From Octopus vulgaris (taxonomy: Eukaryota), in the NCBI GenBank assembly GCA_951406725.2, contig OX597814.1:147622001-147686000 (forward strand): 64,000 bases of DNA, given 5' to 3'. Each line of letters begins with the position of its first letter. Within the stretch, counting starts at the first letter, position 1. Made by a program: the position numbers and the translations under genes. The notes beneath the pieces are model-generated. The model saw nothing but the letters and a program-made list of their open reading frames with translations, was not told the origin of the DNA and made no database searches. Shown here in pieces: positions 26,660-39,970 of this stretch.

Positions 26660-27350
26660 AAACCCCAAAAAGAACAACAACAACACGGGGACGTGGTACA
26701 TGTAAAGTATTAGCAGACGCTCAGTGAAGGAAAGGAAGATGGTTTAACTTTTCGAGCAACGCTCTTCTTTGGAAACAGGGGAAAGTCCGCTAGAAAGGAA
26801 GACGGAGGACCCCAGCCTTTTAACTGACTTTGGGCTACCTAATTCGTGGAATTCTTTCTACCATTGGATTACATTAACTTGTTCCTTCAGAATACGCCAT
26901 TACTGCACCTTGATTGTGAATCATATATATGTTTTTGTTTTTATGTTTTTATGTTTCTCATTGTGGTCAACGTTTTTTGATGCCCTGTACCCATATATGC
27001 ATATGTATACACATATATATAGGTATGTACATATATGTATGTATATATGCATATATTTATATATTATTTATATCACACGCAAACACACACATATATATAT
27101 ATATATATGAGATGTACAGGTATCTAGAAGACCCAAAGAGTGTTGGATAACGCTAAGTAAGTGCTCTAAGTGCTCTCATATATATATATATATATGCATA
27201 TATGGGTACAGGGCGTCACCATCAGTAAGTAACATGAAATACGAAAACAAATGAGTGAAATACGCAAACAACGGGAGAAACAAATGGAAAACTGGACAAG
27301 TAACACAAAGAACGACCCTTCATCAATTTTCGGCTGTCTCTCTTCTCTTC
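26660..27350. mobile_element. Cluster of (TA)n-embedded repeat termini (putative Penelope pLTR pieces) in both orientations
   Basis: GATGCCCTGTACCCATATATGCATAT (26979-27004) is inverted at 27192-27217, with a homolog at 15770. Confidence 0.55.
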
Positions 27351-27351
27351 G

Positions 27352-27373
27352 TATATACATACACACACATATG

Positions 27374-27420
<47 letters not shown>

Positions 27421-27654
27421 TCATATATATACATACATATAGACATGCATAAATATATACGCATATATACACACGCATACATATATATACATATACATAC
27501 GCACACACACACATATATATATATTCAAACATACATATCTACATATATAGAAGTGTACCTGGGTCTGTATGCATGTATGTGTATGTGTTTCTGTGTGTTG
27601 TGTGCACACATAGAAGTCATTACTCACACACAGACAAAACTTTGTGCACATACT

Positions 27655-27721
<67 letters not shown>

Positions 27722-27775
27722 CCGTACTCACAAGAATAACAGATTAAAAAAAGCCCAAATTTTTGGTGGTGATGC

Positions 27776-27833
<58 letters not shown>

Positions 27834-27860
27834 GGTGGTGATGATGATTATGATGAAGAT
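27352..27860. repeat. Compound TA/TG/CA plus (GAT)n(GGT)n microsatellites
   Basis: Directly visible. Confidence 0.9.
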
Positions 27861-28687
27861 TGAGGAGAGGGTTGTGAAGGAGAGGTCGATAGGAGGAGAG
27901 AAAAATGAACTTGGTTATCAGTCATCGACCTTTTCGCTTCGAGTGGCACGTGACCGAAGCTTTTCCTCCACCTTCTTATCCTACTCACCACTTACAGCTG
28001 CGTCAGGTCTTCAATACTACTTATGAGCTGCTGCTGTCACGTTGTATACACATGCAGACCAGACATGTGTGTGAATGTGTGTGTGTGTGTATGTGTGTGT
28101 AAGTGTGTGAGTGAGTAAGAGAATGTGTATGTATTCATGTATGTATGTATGTATGTATGTATGTATGTATGTATGTATGTATGTATGTATGTATGTATAT
28201 ATGTATGTATTTATGAAGTAAAGGCAGGTCACGAACTGGTCCAAATGGTTTTCTCTTTTGTCTATGTATTTATTCATTTGTTTATAATAAATGTTCAACG
28301 TTGTCTCAACGATCATCATCAGCTACCTTCTCCTAGTTCTCTTTTTTTTTTTTTCTTTTTCAAGAGTAGTTTATATAGCCCCGGAATGGATGATGACTAG
28401 CTGACATTGAATCGGCTGTTTGTGTGGATTGATGGATGAAGCGAGAACGACGTGGCCATAGATGAAGGATGAGGGTCTGCTGAAAGGATCAGTAATGTTT
28501 TTTCTTTGTTGAGTTCAATTCAGTACAAAGTACACGTTTTGAATTTCAGTGTATATATTTATTTAATGATTGCTGATATCTGGCACGCGGTCAGGCATTT
28601 TGTAAGAGCATGTGTCGTTGATTGAATTACTGCTCTCGACAAGATTTACAAGTAATAATGTCCATATAAGTAAGAACTTATCATTTA

Positions 28688-28878
28688 TCTTTTACTTGTT
28701 TCGACCATTGGACTGCTGCGATGCTGGGGTACAGTTTGGAAGCGTTTAGTCGAACAAATTGCCCCCAATGACTAGGTTATTAATTCTATTCCTTCTTTTA
28801 TCGGCCTTTTGCCAAGCCATGAAGGGGATATACACAAACCAGCATCAATTTTCAAAACAGACAAAACCACACACACAT

Positions 28879-28940
<62 letters not shown>
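28688..28940 (-). mobile_element. Degenerate CORE-like SINE 3' half ending in (CA)n
   Basis: TCTTTTACTTGTTTCGACCATTGGACTGCTGCGATGCTGGGG is the reverse complement of the family 3' end. Confidence 0.7.
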
Positions 28941-28942
<2 letters not shown>

Positions 28943-29488
28943 CTATAGCACATGATAACAATGTTTCATTATATTAAAATTTTGATTAGGGTTTTGATTT
29001 CATTGCATAGTTAAGGAAAAAAAGTGACGGGCCGAAGAAGCAGAATATTATTATAGATAACCGTTTTAATATTTTCACTCTTCTCTCTAGGTACTTTGTG
29101 CTGTTGAGGTTCTCGAGAAGTTTGAACCCATGGTTTGGCGGGTACTGTTGTTTAAACCTGGGAAAACCCCGATCGAGAAAATGTGCAGTCATACGTTTAT
29201 AATAAATATTGGTTCCGATATTTATTCAGGCAAATACCGAATGAGTCTTTCATTTTATAAGACCGCCTGTTTACATTCTGAAGACGTTTGGCTGGTATAT
29301 CTAGCATGGTGGGAGTTCCGTAGAGTTCACCATTGTAGGCTAGTACTTTGTTTATTGAACGTGGATTGTTGAGAAATAAAGTTTACGTTGAGATTTCATA
29401 TCAGAAGGCAAGAAACTAGGACAGTTTCACAAGAAATTTCATTCGGTGATCTAATGACTCTGCCAGTTTAAAGTCTATTATGTGTTTT

Positions 29489-29770
29489 AGGCGCAGGCAT
29501 GATTATGTGGCTAAGAAGCTCCTTTTGCCGTCACAAGGTGTCGGATTCAGTGCCGCTGTGCGGCACCTTGGGCAAGCCCGTTCTCCTATAGCCTCGAGCC
29601 GACGCGCACACATACATACTCATACATAAGTATGCAAGAGTGTGTACGTATGTGTGTGCGCGTGTGTCTGCGTATATGTGTGTGCGCCGGTGCATGTTCG
29701 TGTGTGTGTGTGTGTGTGTGTGTGTGCGTACGTGCACGCATGTGTGTGTGCATGTGTGTGTGTGTTTGCA
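29489..29770 (+). mobile_element. CORE-like SINE 5' half plus microsatellite
   Basis: AGGCGCAGGCATG...GCGGCACCTTGGGCAAG...CTATAGCCTCGAGCCGAC. Confidence 0.75.
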
Positions 29771-30358
29771 TGTTGATGGGTCCCATTAGTATTAATTAGA
29801 TTCTAAAATAAAACAAAACAGACCAGAAAGTGAACCAAGTGAATTAACTAATGTTATTGGTCCGAAAGCAATGACTTATAGACAAGCTTGGGAATCTTTG
29901 CTGGTAGTTTTTAAAAGCGGATTAGAGATGTACGAAATTAATTACTACAAAGTAGTTACTTTCTTAAATTACCTTTAACGGCCATGCCACTATCATAGTT
30001 TAGTCTTATTTGCACATGTGTATTTTTAAATTAGCTATGATTTCGCATATCAGTGCCAGTGTGATTAATTTTTAGAGTATGAATATAGCCGATATAATAT
30101 GCAAATTATGTATATAGAGCATGAATATGATTAAAAATTATGAATATACCTGATATAATGAAATAATGAAATATCATAGACATATGATCCCGGGATAGTA
30201 CGGGTACCTGCATGGCCGTAGCTTTCGGGCTGAAACATTTTTAAGGATTTAAGGATTATATGTTTTAGACGGCGGTGGAATTTGAACGTGAACTCATGTT
30301 TACTAATTTAGTATGATTACTTTGGTGCATATTTTATTTATATGTTACACCATAAAGT

Positions 30359-30535
30359 AATGAGCTGGGCAAAATGCTTAGCGGCATTTCGTCTGTCTTT
30401 ACGTTCTGAGTTCAAATTCCGCCTTTCATCATTACTGGGTCGATAAAATAAGTACTACCTGAGATCTGGAGTCAATGTAATCGTCATTTCCCCTCCCTGA
30501 ATTTGCTGGCATTGTGCCAAAATTTGAAGCGAATA
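30359..30535 (+). mobile_element. Nin/Deu-like tRNA-derived SINE, partial
   Basis: AAATGCTTAGCGGCATTTCGTCTGTCTTTACGTTCTGAGTTCAAATTCCGCC...GGGTCGATAAAATAAGTAC...TTGTGCCAAAATTTGAA. Confidence 0.8.
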
Positions 30536-30941
30536 TGATACTGCGGATATAGATATATTAATCACTTTTGTGCTTCGTCACACGAGAAGAGCTTCTCATT
30601 CATGATGAATACATGTTCATAACACACTCGATTAATTAGAACATGAGATTCTAGGATAACTGAAGTTTCTCTAAGGCAATGTCTCATCAACCAGCAGAAT
30701 CCCAGGACAAATGAATCTATCAAGAAGTGACACACTTGTTTATAATTTCAATGATCAGTTTGTTCGCTGATCCGTGGTGATATTTGCCATTCGATAATAA
30801 ATCGTTAGATGCAAAAGGTTACATATTTATTTCAGGAGGGCTCGCAATCTTGTTTATCCAAATAGACAAATACAGGTGCATCAAATAGTATACAATATAA
30901 GTTCTTGATTTATTAGAATGTTCATTCAATTTATATTCAAT

Positions 30942-30999
30942 TTATTTAATTTCATCCTTTAATGGCTGAGATTAGCCATTAAAGGATGAAATTAAATAA
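30942..30999. repeat. Perfect 26-bp inverted repeat with 6-nt spacer
   Basis: TTATTTAATTTCATCCTTTAATGGCT-GAGATT-AGCCATTAAAGGATGAAATTAAATAA. Confidence 0.95.
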
Positions 31000-32999
31000 C
31001 CAAATGAGAATTAAGACCGAGTCCACTTGAGAAGAGAAGGTAATTTCAAGATTCAAGTTTATCCCGATACGCCACTAGAGGAAAAAAATACTCTTATTGT
31101 CTGGAGATCAGAGGATAGTCATGGGTGTGGTTTACTGGCTCAAAGGTGGCATTGGCATGACAGTTGCTCGGCAATAACTCCAATAGCCAAGGGACTGAGA
31201 CTTATACAAATATGAGTAAAACATATTTATGGTCGAGGGAATTTGTATAATTTTAGCAATAATGAGCTAAGTGGAATAGCTGAAAATTGCCAGTGGCACG
31301 TATTTGAACAACATAGACAAATACATGTATATTAAATACCATGCGATATAAATTCGTGATTCACTAAAATCACCCCAGCCACTAGATGCCTCATAATAAC
31401 CAAATGGCATTTAATACCGGCTCAACTTGAGAAGGGAGATAACCTCAAATCCAAAGGCTTCTCCAATATCCAAGGCTTCAAGAGATAACCTCAAGATCCA
31501 AAGCTTCTCCAAAGTTGAAATGACATTATGGGAAAGGACAGATTTATCGCTTACTGATAAGGGGTGAGTTGTGGACATGTGTTTCTGGATCAACAAGTGT
31601 CATCTTCTAGTATATCAGAGTGGTAAGAATGTCGGATCAAATGGGTTTATATATATATACATCCCGGCTCTTTACATCTGGATTCAGATATCACTGATGA
31701 CAACTTTTGACAACATTAAACCAAAGTGTCTGTCTATGGCAGTAAATTGACAGGATTGTTAAAGCTTTGAACAAAATGTTTTAAGTTGTTTTGCTAGGGC
31801 TCTTTACGTTCTCATTTTTGCTGCATCGATACAAGTATGAAATCCTATCAGACCTAGTCTATCCGTTGGATAATATCGGCAACTTGGAAAGGAGAGCCCT
31901 GCTAAAATCGTAACTTGATATTCCATTCAACGGGGGAAAAAAACCCAGGATCATTCACGCGCATTCACACCAGAGAGAAAAAATCCAGGTGCAGAAAGAT
32001 ATCAACTTTTGACCTTAGAAATGCATTCCTGTACATGGTTCATTCTTATTTTATTGATTTTGAACAACATAAACAAAAAGAGATCAATAGATAAATAATG
32101 CTTCTACATTCCTCGTTCCTGCTTTTGGTCTGCTTCCAGCTACTACAGTATGCTATCTTCCACAAGGCCCTATACTTTTAAAACAGTGGAATATGGTATT
32201 TTGTTTTTGTGCATATATCTGTACATATGTATATATGTTACGTATGCGTGAGAATTATTTCATCTACGTATGTGTATTTACTACTTCTAGTCATCTTTCT
32301 AAATGGAAAGAGATTCTTAGATGCTTTAATAATTGTAGTTCCTAATTCATCGTTCAACATGGCTGAAGCTTCGAGTTACTACCTGCCTTCTTCACTCTAG
32401 CTCTTGCCTTTCTCATCCTTCGATTACCACGCATCCTATCCATACCTCCTATCACACCCCTCTCTCTTTCCATCTCCCTCTGTGTCTCCATTTTGTCCTT
32501 TTTCTCTCTCCCTCTACTCCCATCTCCCCCTTTTCATATCCCCCTTCTCTCTCAATCAGATTGCTGACAAGATCCAAAAATGATAGATTGTTGACGTCTC
32601 ACATCAACAGTTATTCTCATTAGGTTTATATCCTTAGTGAAAGAACTAGGAATGAGAAACTAAACAATCCCATTGAATTAAGTATGTTCAGTCAATTACT
32701 GTTTATCAGGTATTCAATTATCATGTAAAACATAATTAACAATTAGTTGTATAAAATCCGTAGAAATAAACCAGCAACATGAAATAATAAAACTGCAAAA
32801 CAATGGAATCAAAGTAAACTTTAAACTTGACCTATGTTTAAAGTATGCACAAGAGGACGTGTGTAGGTTTATAGGTTATTTTATAGTTACAAGCCACATC
32901 AGCTAATAAGAGCTCTTACTTGCTATGTTAACGCTTAATTCGTATTAATAGTGTACAATATTGGTATAAGATCACATACGATAACGAGTCCATTGAATG

Positions 33000-34240
33000 A
33001 CCTTTCAGTATGTTAACGATATTTATCTTTATCGATCTCAGAGTCACAAAAGATAGCGTCTCCTTTAACACTATTTGGAATTAGAACGTATAGGGACGAG
33101 ACAATGCAAAAATATATTTTGTCTGGCATTAACTCTATAGGAAAACAATTACTTCCGACAAAGACACAAAGACCAGATCAAAAATATTTGAGGGCAGGGT
33201 TACTCAATTAAATCTGACTGGAAGAATGCATGACAAGTTTGAACTCAGAATGCAGCGAGCAAGAAATATACTGCAAGTATTTTGTCATGTTTTAATGATT
33301 CTGCTAATTTGTCACTCTTACGAAAATAATTGTTTCTGATTTAGGCACAAGGCCAAGTTTTTAGAGGTCAGCAGGTTTTAGAGACATGGTGTTATTTGAT
33401 TGCACCGAGCCCTTTACGGGGGTGATGGTGCTGAAAAGTACCTGGTTTTAAAGGTATCGCAAAAGGCCTAGTTGAAGGCCCAACCTTCCGAGTTCATTTA
33501 CAGAGCTCAGAAAAACTGACGGACTGCTGCAATGATTGTGTGAACCTGAGAGGGCAATATGTTGGATAAGATCCTGATAAACTGATCCTTCTATTTTTTT
33601 CTTTTACGCAAAGCCAGGAACTTTACAGCACTTCTTTGTAAATTGATTGGTAATTAAACTTTATCTCAACCAGAAGGGTGAAAGAGAAAGTTAATCTCAG
33701 CGAGAATTGAACTCAAAACGTAGAAAACCGAGAAAATGATCACAAAGCATTTGTTTACAATTTATAATGGTTCTGTTAATCAACCACCCTTATATTTATA
33801 ATAATAAGGATTTTGTCTTAGTCACAACAGCTGGAGAAGCATTTGAATCGAGTCCCACTAGTTATTCTCTGCTTCATAGTTTATCTGGAAAGGTGAACAA
33901 TCTAGCTCACACTTGCTGGGTTTGAACTCACAATTTAATATAATTTGACTAAATACTGGTGATTTGTTTTGAAGCTTTCTATAGTTTGTACTACCTACTG
34001 CTCTTTACCTATAAAAATAATGAGTTCTAACTTTGGCACAATGCAACATATTTGAGAAGGCGCTATTGTCCTTAATATTTCCATATTTTAGTGACTGAAG
34101 AGGGATGAAAGATTCAGGATGACCCCGGTGAGAATTAAACACAGAAGTACATAAAGGAAGAGTAACTAAATACCGTAAGACATTTGATATGGCACTTAAC
34201 TGTTTCTATTACCCTCCACAGTACCCTATATTTATAATAA
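33000..34240 (-). mobile_element. Head-to-tail array of about 5 highly decayed Nin/Deu-like SINEs
   Basis: Recurring TTTGAACTCAGAA-like B boxes (~33080, 33240, 33710, 33925, 34140) and GGCACAAGGCC-like tails (~33165, 33345, 33822, 34035). Confidence 0.6.
33415..33640 (+). mobile_element. Mariner-derived MITE nested in a SINE
   Basis: Inverted ends GTGCTGAAAAGTACCTGGTTTT and AAAGCCAGGAACTTTACAGCAC, TA at both ends. Internal EKLTDCCNDCVNLRGQYVG* resembles a mariner transposase C-terminus. Confidence 0.75.
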
Positions 34241-35469
34241 CTTTACGCTGTGAACGGATGCAGTAGTTATAAGTACATAAAGGAACAACTTGATGCTGCC
34301 ATTAATTTTAATTGAAATTTCTACAGTTCCGCCTTCTGACATAGAGTTCATATGATTTTTTTCTTTTCTTTTTTATTGTTAATCTTAAGAAAAGAAAGAC
34401 CGAAATAATTTTGTCCTTTACAGAAACTGCAATTAAAATTGTCTCAAATGTCACATTTGACATATGTTGGACGTGACCATATGACATTCTCCCTTATTTC
34501 AATTACCAAGCATCAGATGTTACCTCAAATTACTTTTTCGGTAATGATAATAGACAAGGCTTTTTAAAGGCAGAGGACAAAATTCTTTTAAGTTCAATTC
34601 CTAAAGAGTTTAGTTTTGCCCTTCATCTCTGGGATCATTAAATAAGGACTAGAATTCAATGAAATAACTACAACTTAATTCTAGAACGTGGACGTGTACC
34701 TATGAGGAGACTTTATTTAATAAGCGTTATACGGCAGTATTGATGAACGATAATCACAATTTGTATTCCTTTTTTGTCCCGCATTGAAAACACGGCGAAG
34801 TCACAATCTCCTTCAGTCCTTTTCAAATCTGTAAAACAAATATCCTTCAAGTGCAGGACATGATATCATACGAATATTTTCACACCATTCCCCATTTACA
34901 AAGAAGAAGAAAACAGTTACATTTACTTAGTAACTATAACAGGTGATGCGAAGATGCTTTAAAGTGGACGAAGCAGAAAGTACCCACAACATTCCTATCA
35001 AGTCAGAACTGCATCAGCTTCTCTATCACTTGAAATGGAATGAGAGTGGAATAAAAATTGGTAAAACCCAGTTCAGTAAGTTTCAAATTTCTTGAAATGC
35101 AAGTGAAAATAAGGCGATTTAGTAGACTAAACTGACAGTCTCATTTGACTGAAAGAGTTTAGGGGTGTTGTGTCAGACAACGTACTCGAAACGGAGATTT
35201 TCGTGGCTTTTTCAGTACACTGATATTCCTAAGTCTATCAAGTTATTCAATTTTATTAGATATTTTATTATATATATATATTTTACTTATGCGTGTGTTT
35301 CTGAACGCATGGACATGAAGTACCCGATACCCATGGATACGAAGAACTGCACTGTTATCATCCCAGGAATACGGACAAGGATCTTAAGAAACCTGTGATT
35401 TGAGGAAACACGTGTAGCGATGCATTAAAATATTAATAAATTCCATCCAAGGATTATTATTGTTATTAC

Positions 35470-35660
<191 letters not shown>

Positions 35661-36844
35661 TGTGTTTGGGTATGTGTGTGTTTGTGTGTTTGTATGTGCT
35701 TGTGATCTTGGTTATTTACGAGCCAGGATCTTCTTCAGATCTGATCGGTGGATATATATATATACCCACTAAGTACACGTGCACTCCCCACCAGATTACT
35801 TTTCACATACTGGCTAAGTACAACTGCTATAAACAAAAGTTATTTTTGTCTTTTTTTTATTGACAGCATCTAAAATGAGACATTATATGACACACCTTTA
35901 CTGGTCATAAGACTAAAACTACTGAACCATATGAAGGTGAGGATAATAAGACAAAGAGCCGCCCAGTGTCGTTGAATTAGCTGTCAAACCTTTAGAAAGC
36001 ACTCTCTTATCTGTTTGTTCTTTTTTTTTTTTTTTTTTTTCTAAAATAGAAATAGAAAGATATAATTTTTCTATAACGCTAAGTTTATTGTGTCTGAAAA
36101 ACAAAAATCGGGATTGCCACGACTTCTTTTTATAAACAAAATAGTAATAAAAATACATGTTATCCCCTGTTTAAGTGTACATAAGAGTAGATGTCGTGGA
36201 TGTCATTATGTGTTTTCTACGTATTTTTGTGTATATACGTGTTTGTATTTTACTTTACGTACATTGATATGGTTGGTTTTTCACATCGCAGGCCACATAT
36301 CAATGTTTTGTAGGCGTGTTCTCTATAACAAACTGCCAATGTTGCAAGTTTCTCAATAACAGTAGCACAATAATAGAGCTGTAAGAATAGAAACCACCAC
36401 CCAAAAACAGAATTATAGAAAACTACAAATAAAAGGAAGACCAGGGAATGATAATTGATAGTTACTAGCTGATGGATCACTCGGTGTGGCAGAGTTGTTA
36501 TGACACGTTTCCCAAAGATGCCTTCCCGATCTGTGCAGCTGCCAATATGTTAAACATGTGCGTGATTGTGCGCGTCTGTATGTGACGTCTGTGTACTGTG
36601 TAATGGTCTTTCTTCCTTGTTTCTCTCTCTCCCTCTCTCATATTCTTTCTCACATTCTCTCTCCCGATATATATATATATACATATATGTACAGTCCACA
36701 GATGAGATCCGGAAATTCTCTGTATAAAAGATAGTAGTGCTCAAAAGATTCAAACTTAAACTCCGATATCGTTACAGGGCGTCGATTCCGCAAGGTAAAC
36801 AATGGTTGTAAGAAGGATCAAATTGAGCGGATAATGGTTTATAT

Positions 36845-36881
<37 letters not shown>

Positions 36882-38011
36882 GTCTGTGTGGGCGTACGCG
36901 TGTATGTATGTATGAATGTATGTATGTATGTATGTATGTATGTATGTATGTATGTATGTATGTATGTATGTATGCATGTATGTATACAGGACTACAGAAG
37001 CTGTATTGACATATAATACCTACAACAATTCAATGTGGGAGGGCTTCGACCCGTTGAGCAAGACTGCTAGAAATGTCACCCAATACCATTTCAGAGCTCA
37101 ACCATACCACCTTGGAATATGAACGATATAACTAAATGATGCCTGAAATAAATTACATACAATATACATGTATGTGTTTGTGTTTCAGTGTGCGCGTTCG
37201 TGTGTTTGTATACGCGCGCGCAAAATGGTTCTCCTCATAGCTCTATACGACCGGAGTTGAACTACGATCAGGTCACGTCAAGCATGGGTGCATGTGCGTT
37301 TGAATTGGATCGCTGCACCCACTATTTGTTGGTAATTGCTCGGATCGTCCCGAACAATACACCAGTCAGTCTCCACCCCGTCTCCATAAGATACTCCCTC
37401 GTCCAACACGAGCTTTCACCCAAACCGAATCCTCAAAGAAAGCACGACACGTAGGGTCCAACTAGAAAAATTGATCAACAGAATCAAAGAGTCACAGCTC
37501 ATGCTCCTGAATCATATATGTAACAGGAGTATAGTATTTGGTTCAATACAAAATCTGACCAATGGTAACCTATAATCGTGTAAAGCGTCAGGGTTCCAAC
37601 GGAGTTTAGGCGGTAACATATGTATAGCTTCTACCGGCTTTCATTCACACGTATTAGTCAACTCGTGTATGGTGCGATTTAAGTGATATATGTACACACA
37701 CACACGCACACAAATCACACACACGCATATAAGGCTAGTAGAGCTAGCGGTTAGAATAACCGTCTGAGGGATAAGAATATCCATTTTATTACCGGTGTAA
37801 ATCGCCTATGTTAACCCTGGGCATACGTATGCAAGCATATTATGCTCATACGATACAGCCAATAACAAAGATAAACAAGAGTTTAGAAGGAATCAAATTT
37901 AAATTAAGCTGAAAATGGAGAAATCTTGATCAACAATTGACTATCATCAATTATTATTTTTTAATACAATATACAATATACAATATACATTTTATTACAT
38001 ACAATATACAT

Positions 38012-38335
38012 ATACTTTGATACTTTGATACTTTGATAGGTTTCGGCCATTATTGGCCCAGGCCATGTCTAACTTAATAGCACCACCTGGTGAAGTCTTT
38101 CAAGTCAGAATTTGGGCACTATGGCCCACTCAAGTAGAGAGTTATTGTTTACAGAGACATATCCGGGTGTAGGGGGTTTATCCGGGATTTCTTGAAGGAA
38201 TCTGTCCAAAGACTTCTTGAACCCTATAGGGTCAGTTTCTGTTTTAATGTGTTTTGGTGTAATGTTAAAGAGAGCGGGGCCAATTGAGGTGAAATAATTG
38301 TGCCGTATTGTTGTTATGAGATGAGAGTGCGATTT
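38012..38335 (-). mobile_element. 3' end of a second CR1-group LINE family with (TATCAAAG)n tail
   Basis: Minus-strand translation TIRHNYFTSIGPALFNITPKHIKTETDPIGFKKSLDRFLQEIPDKPPTPGYVSVNNNSLLEWAIVPKF*, homologous to the C-terminus of the 9041 ORF. Confidence 0.85.
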
Positions 38336-38423
38336 ATATATATGTATATTGTATTAAAAAAATTATAATCGATGGTAGTCACTTGTTGTTGATCAAGATT
38401 TCTCCATGTTCTCCTTAAGTAGA

Positions 38424-38551
<128 letters not shown>

Positions 38552-38723
38552 TATGTATATATACATATATATATGCATAGATTTGTATGTAAAGCAAGAT
38601 CTGTGCAGAGTTTCACACACACACACACACACACATATACATATATATATGCATATATATACACTCGTGTATACACATAAGTAAAAAAATATATATACTG
38701 TTGAAACACTCCTGTCACAACCT

Positions 38724-38767
38724 GGGACCTTGAAGACTGCTTTAATGCAAGAAAGTATACTAGTCCC
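38724..38767 (+). ncRNA. Minimal type I hammerhead ribozyme motif
   Basis: GGGAC-CTTGAAGA-CTGC-TTTAAT-GCAA-GAAA-GTATAC-TA-GTCCC. Perfect 5-bp stem I, palindromic stem III, CUA site. The core has one extra T. Confidence 0.7.
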
Positions 38768-38903
38768 TTAATATTTGATATTCAATATTTCATCTATTCA
38801 ATAAGACAATCAATACTTCATTTCATTTTACTATATATATACTATTTATACTATATATTCTATATTCTACTTTAATACTATAAAGAATATAAATAAAACA
38901 TAT

Positions 38904-38992
38904 AAAACAGACAGTTGGAATTCCTTTGAATATATATATTCACCAAAACAGACAGTTGGAATTCCTTTGAATATATATATTCACCAAAACAG
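38904..38992. repeat. 41-bp tandem duplication
   Basis: AAAACAGACAGTTGGAATTCCTTTGAATATATATATTCACC occurs twice, followed by AAAACAG. Confidence 0.95.
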
Positions 38993-39564
38993 AAAGAACA
39001 AAACAGAGAGAACAAAGGTCGATGAATATAGTGTAAGTTCAACATTTTAGATATGATTGATTATCGTAACGTTTTGGACAATCGGATTTCTTCAGAAAGA
39101 AAAAGTGAAGCCTAGGGTGGTTGAAAGAAAAAGCAATAGTTCTTGGGGGAGAGAAAATTAACAATTTTAGAAATTATAAAATTATATAGATTGATAAATC
39201 ATAATTAGAATATCAATTAGTGGAATTGGATCATTAATCTTTCAATAATATGTAATGATGAACGAACTACACATCAACGAGAAAAGTTCTCGGCGATCGA
39301 AATTAGTACACCGAATTCTAAACAAGCCTTATCATTTTCATTGTCAGAAATGTTGCAAAGAAATTTTAGCCAGTTGGAAATTTGTCACAAAATAAGCTAT
39401 TGTTTAGTTGTATCCTGGGAGGGTCATTATACCAACGAACAACTAAGATTAAGCAAATTCTGTTTCAACAAATAAATTCACATGAAGTATGTTACAAACT
39501 GAATAGGAAAAAAAAATCGAAATAAACTATTATTCACCAGTAGCTTTTTAAAATGCTTTCAGAA

Positions 39565-39601
<37 letters not shown>

Positions 39602-39848
39602 CACCTATATTGTTGCTAATACTACATAATTCTCGCTTGTTACTGTTAAACAAATACGCAAAATATTTCTAAAACTGTGTATTTGTTTTCCTAATATGAT
39701 GTAGGTTTAAAAGATTCGAGAAACAAGAAATCACCGCATTCGTTTCACGCCATGTGGCTTGTGGTTACTTTAATTAGTCGTATTGTTATTTGTGTACCAT
39801 TCAGTATAGTTGATAATGAATAAAATATTATACATATGCATGCATACA

Positions 39849-39970
<122 letters not shown>

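Noticed and set aside
31436-31515. 46-bp-period imperfect repeat
   Set aside because: Ordinary local slippage duplication with two copies.
38040-38075. GGCC...GGCC-GAAAC as a hammerhead on the minus strand
   Set aside because: No CTGANGA box or stem I. It is the LINE 3' stem-loop.
38904-38992. Direct repeats as a CRISPR-like array
   Set aside because: Only two adjacent copies with no spacers, in a eukaryotic context.
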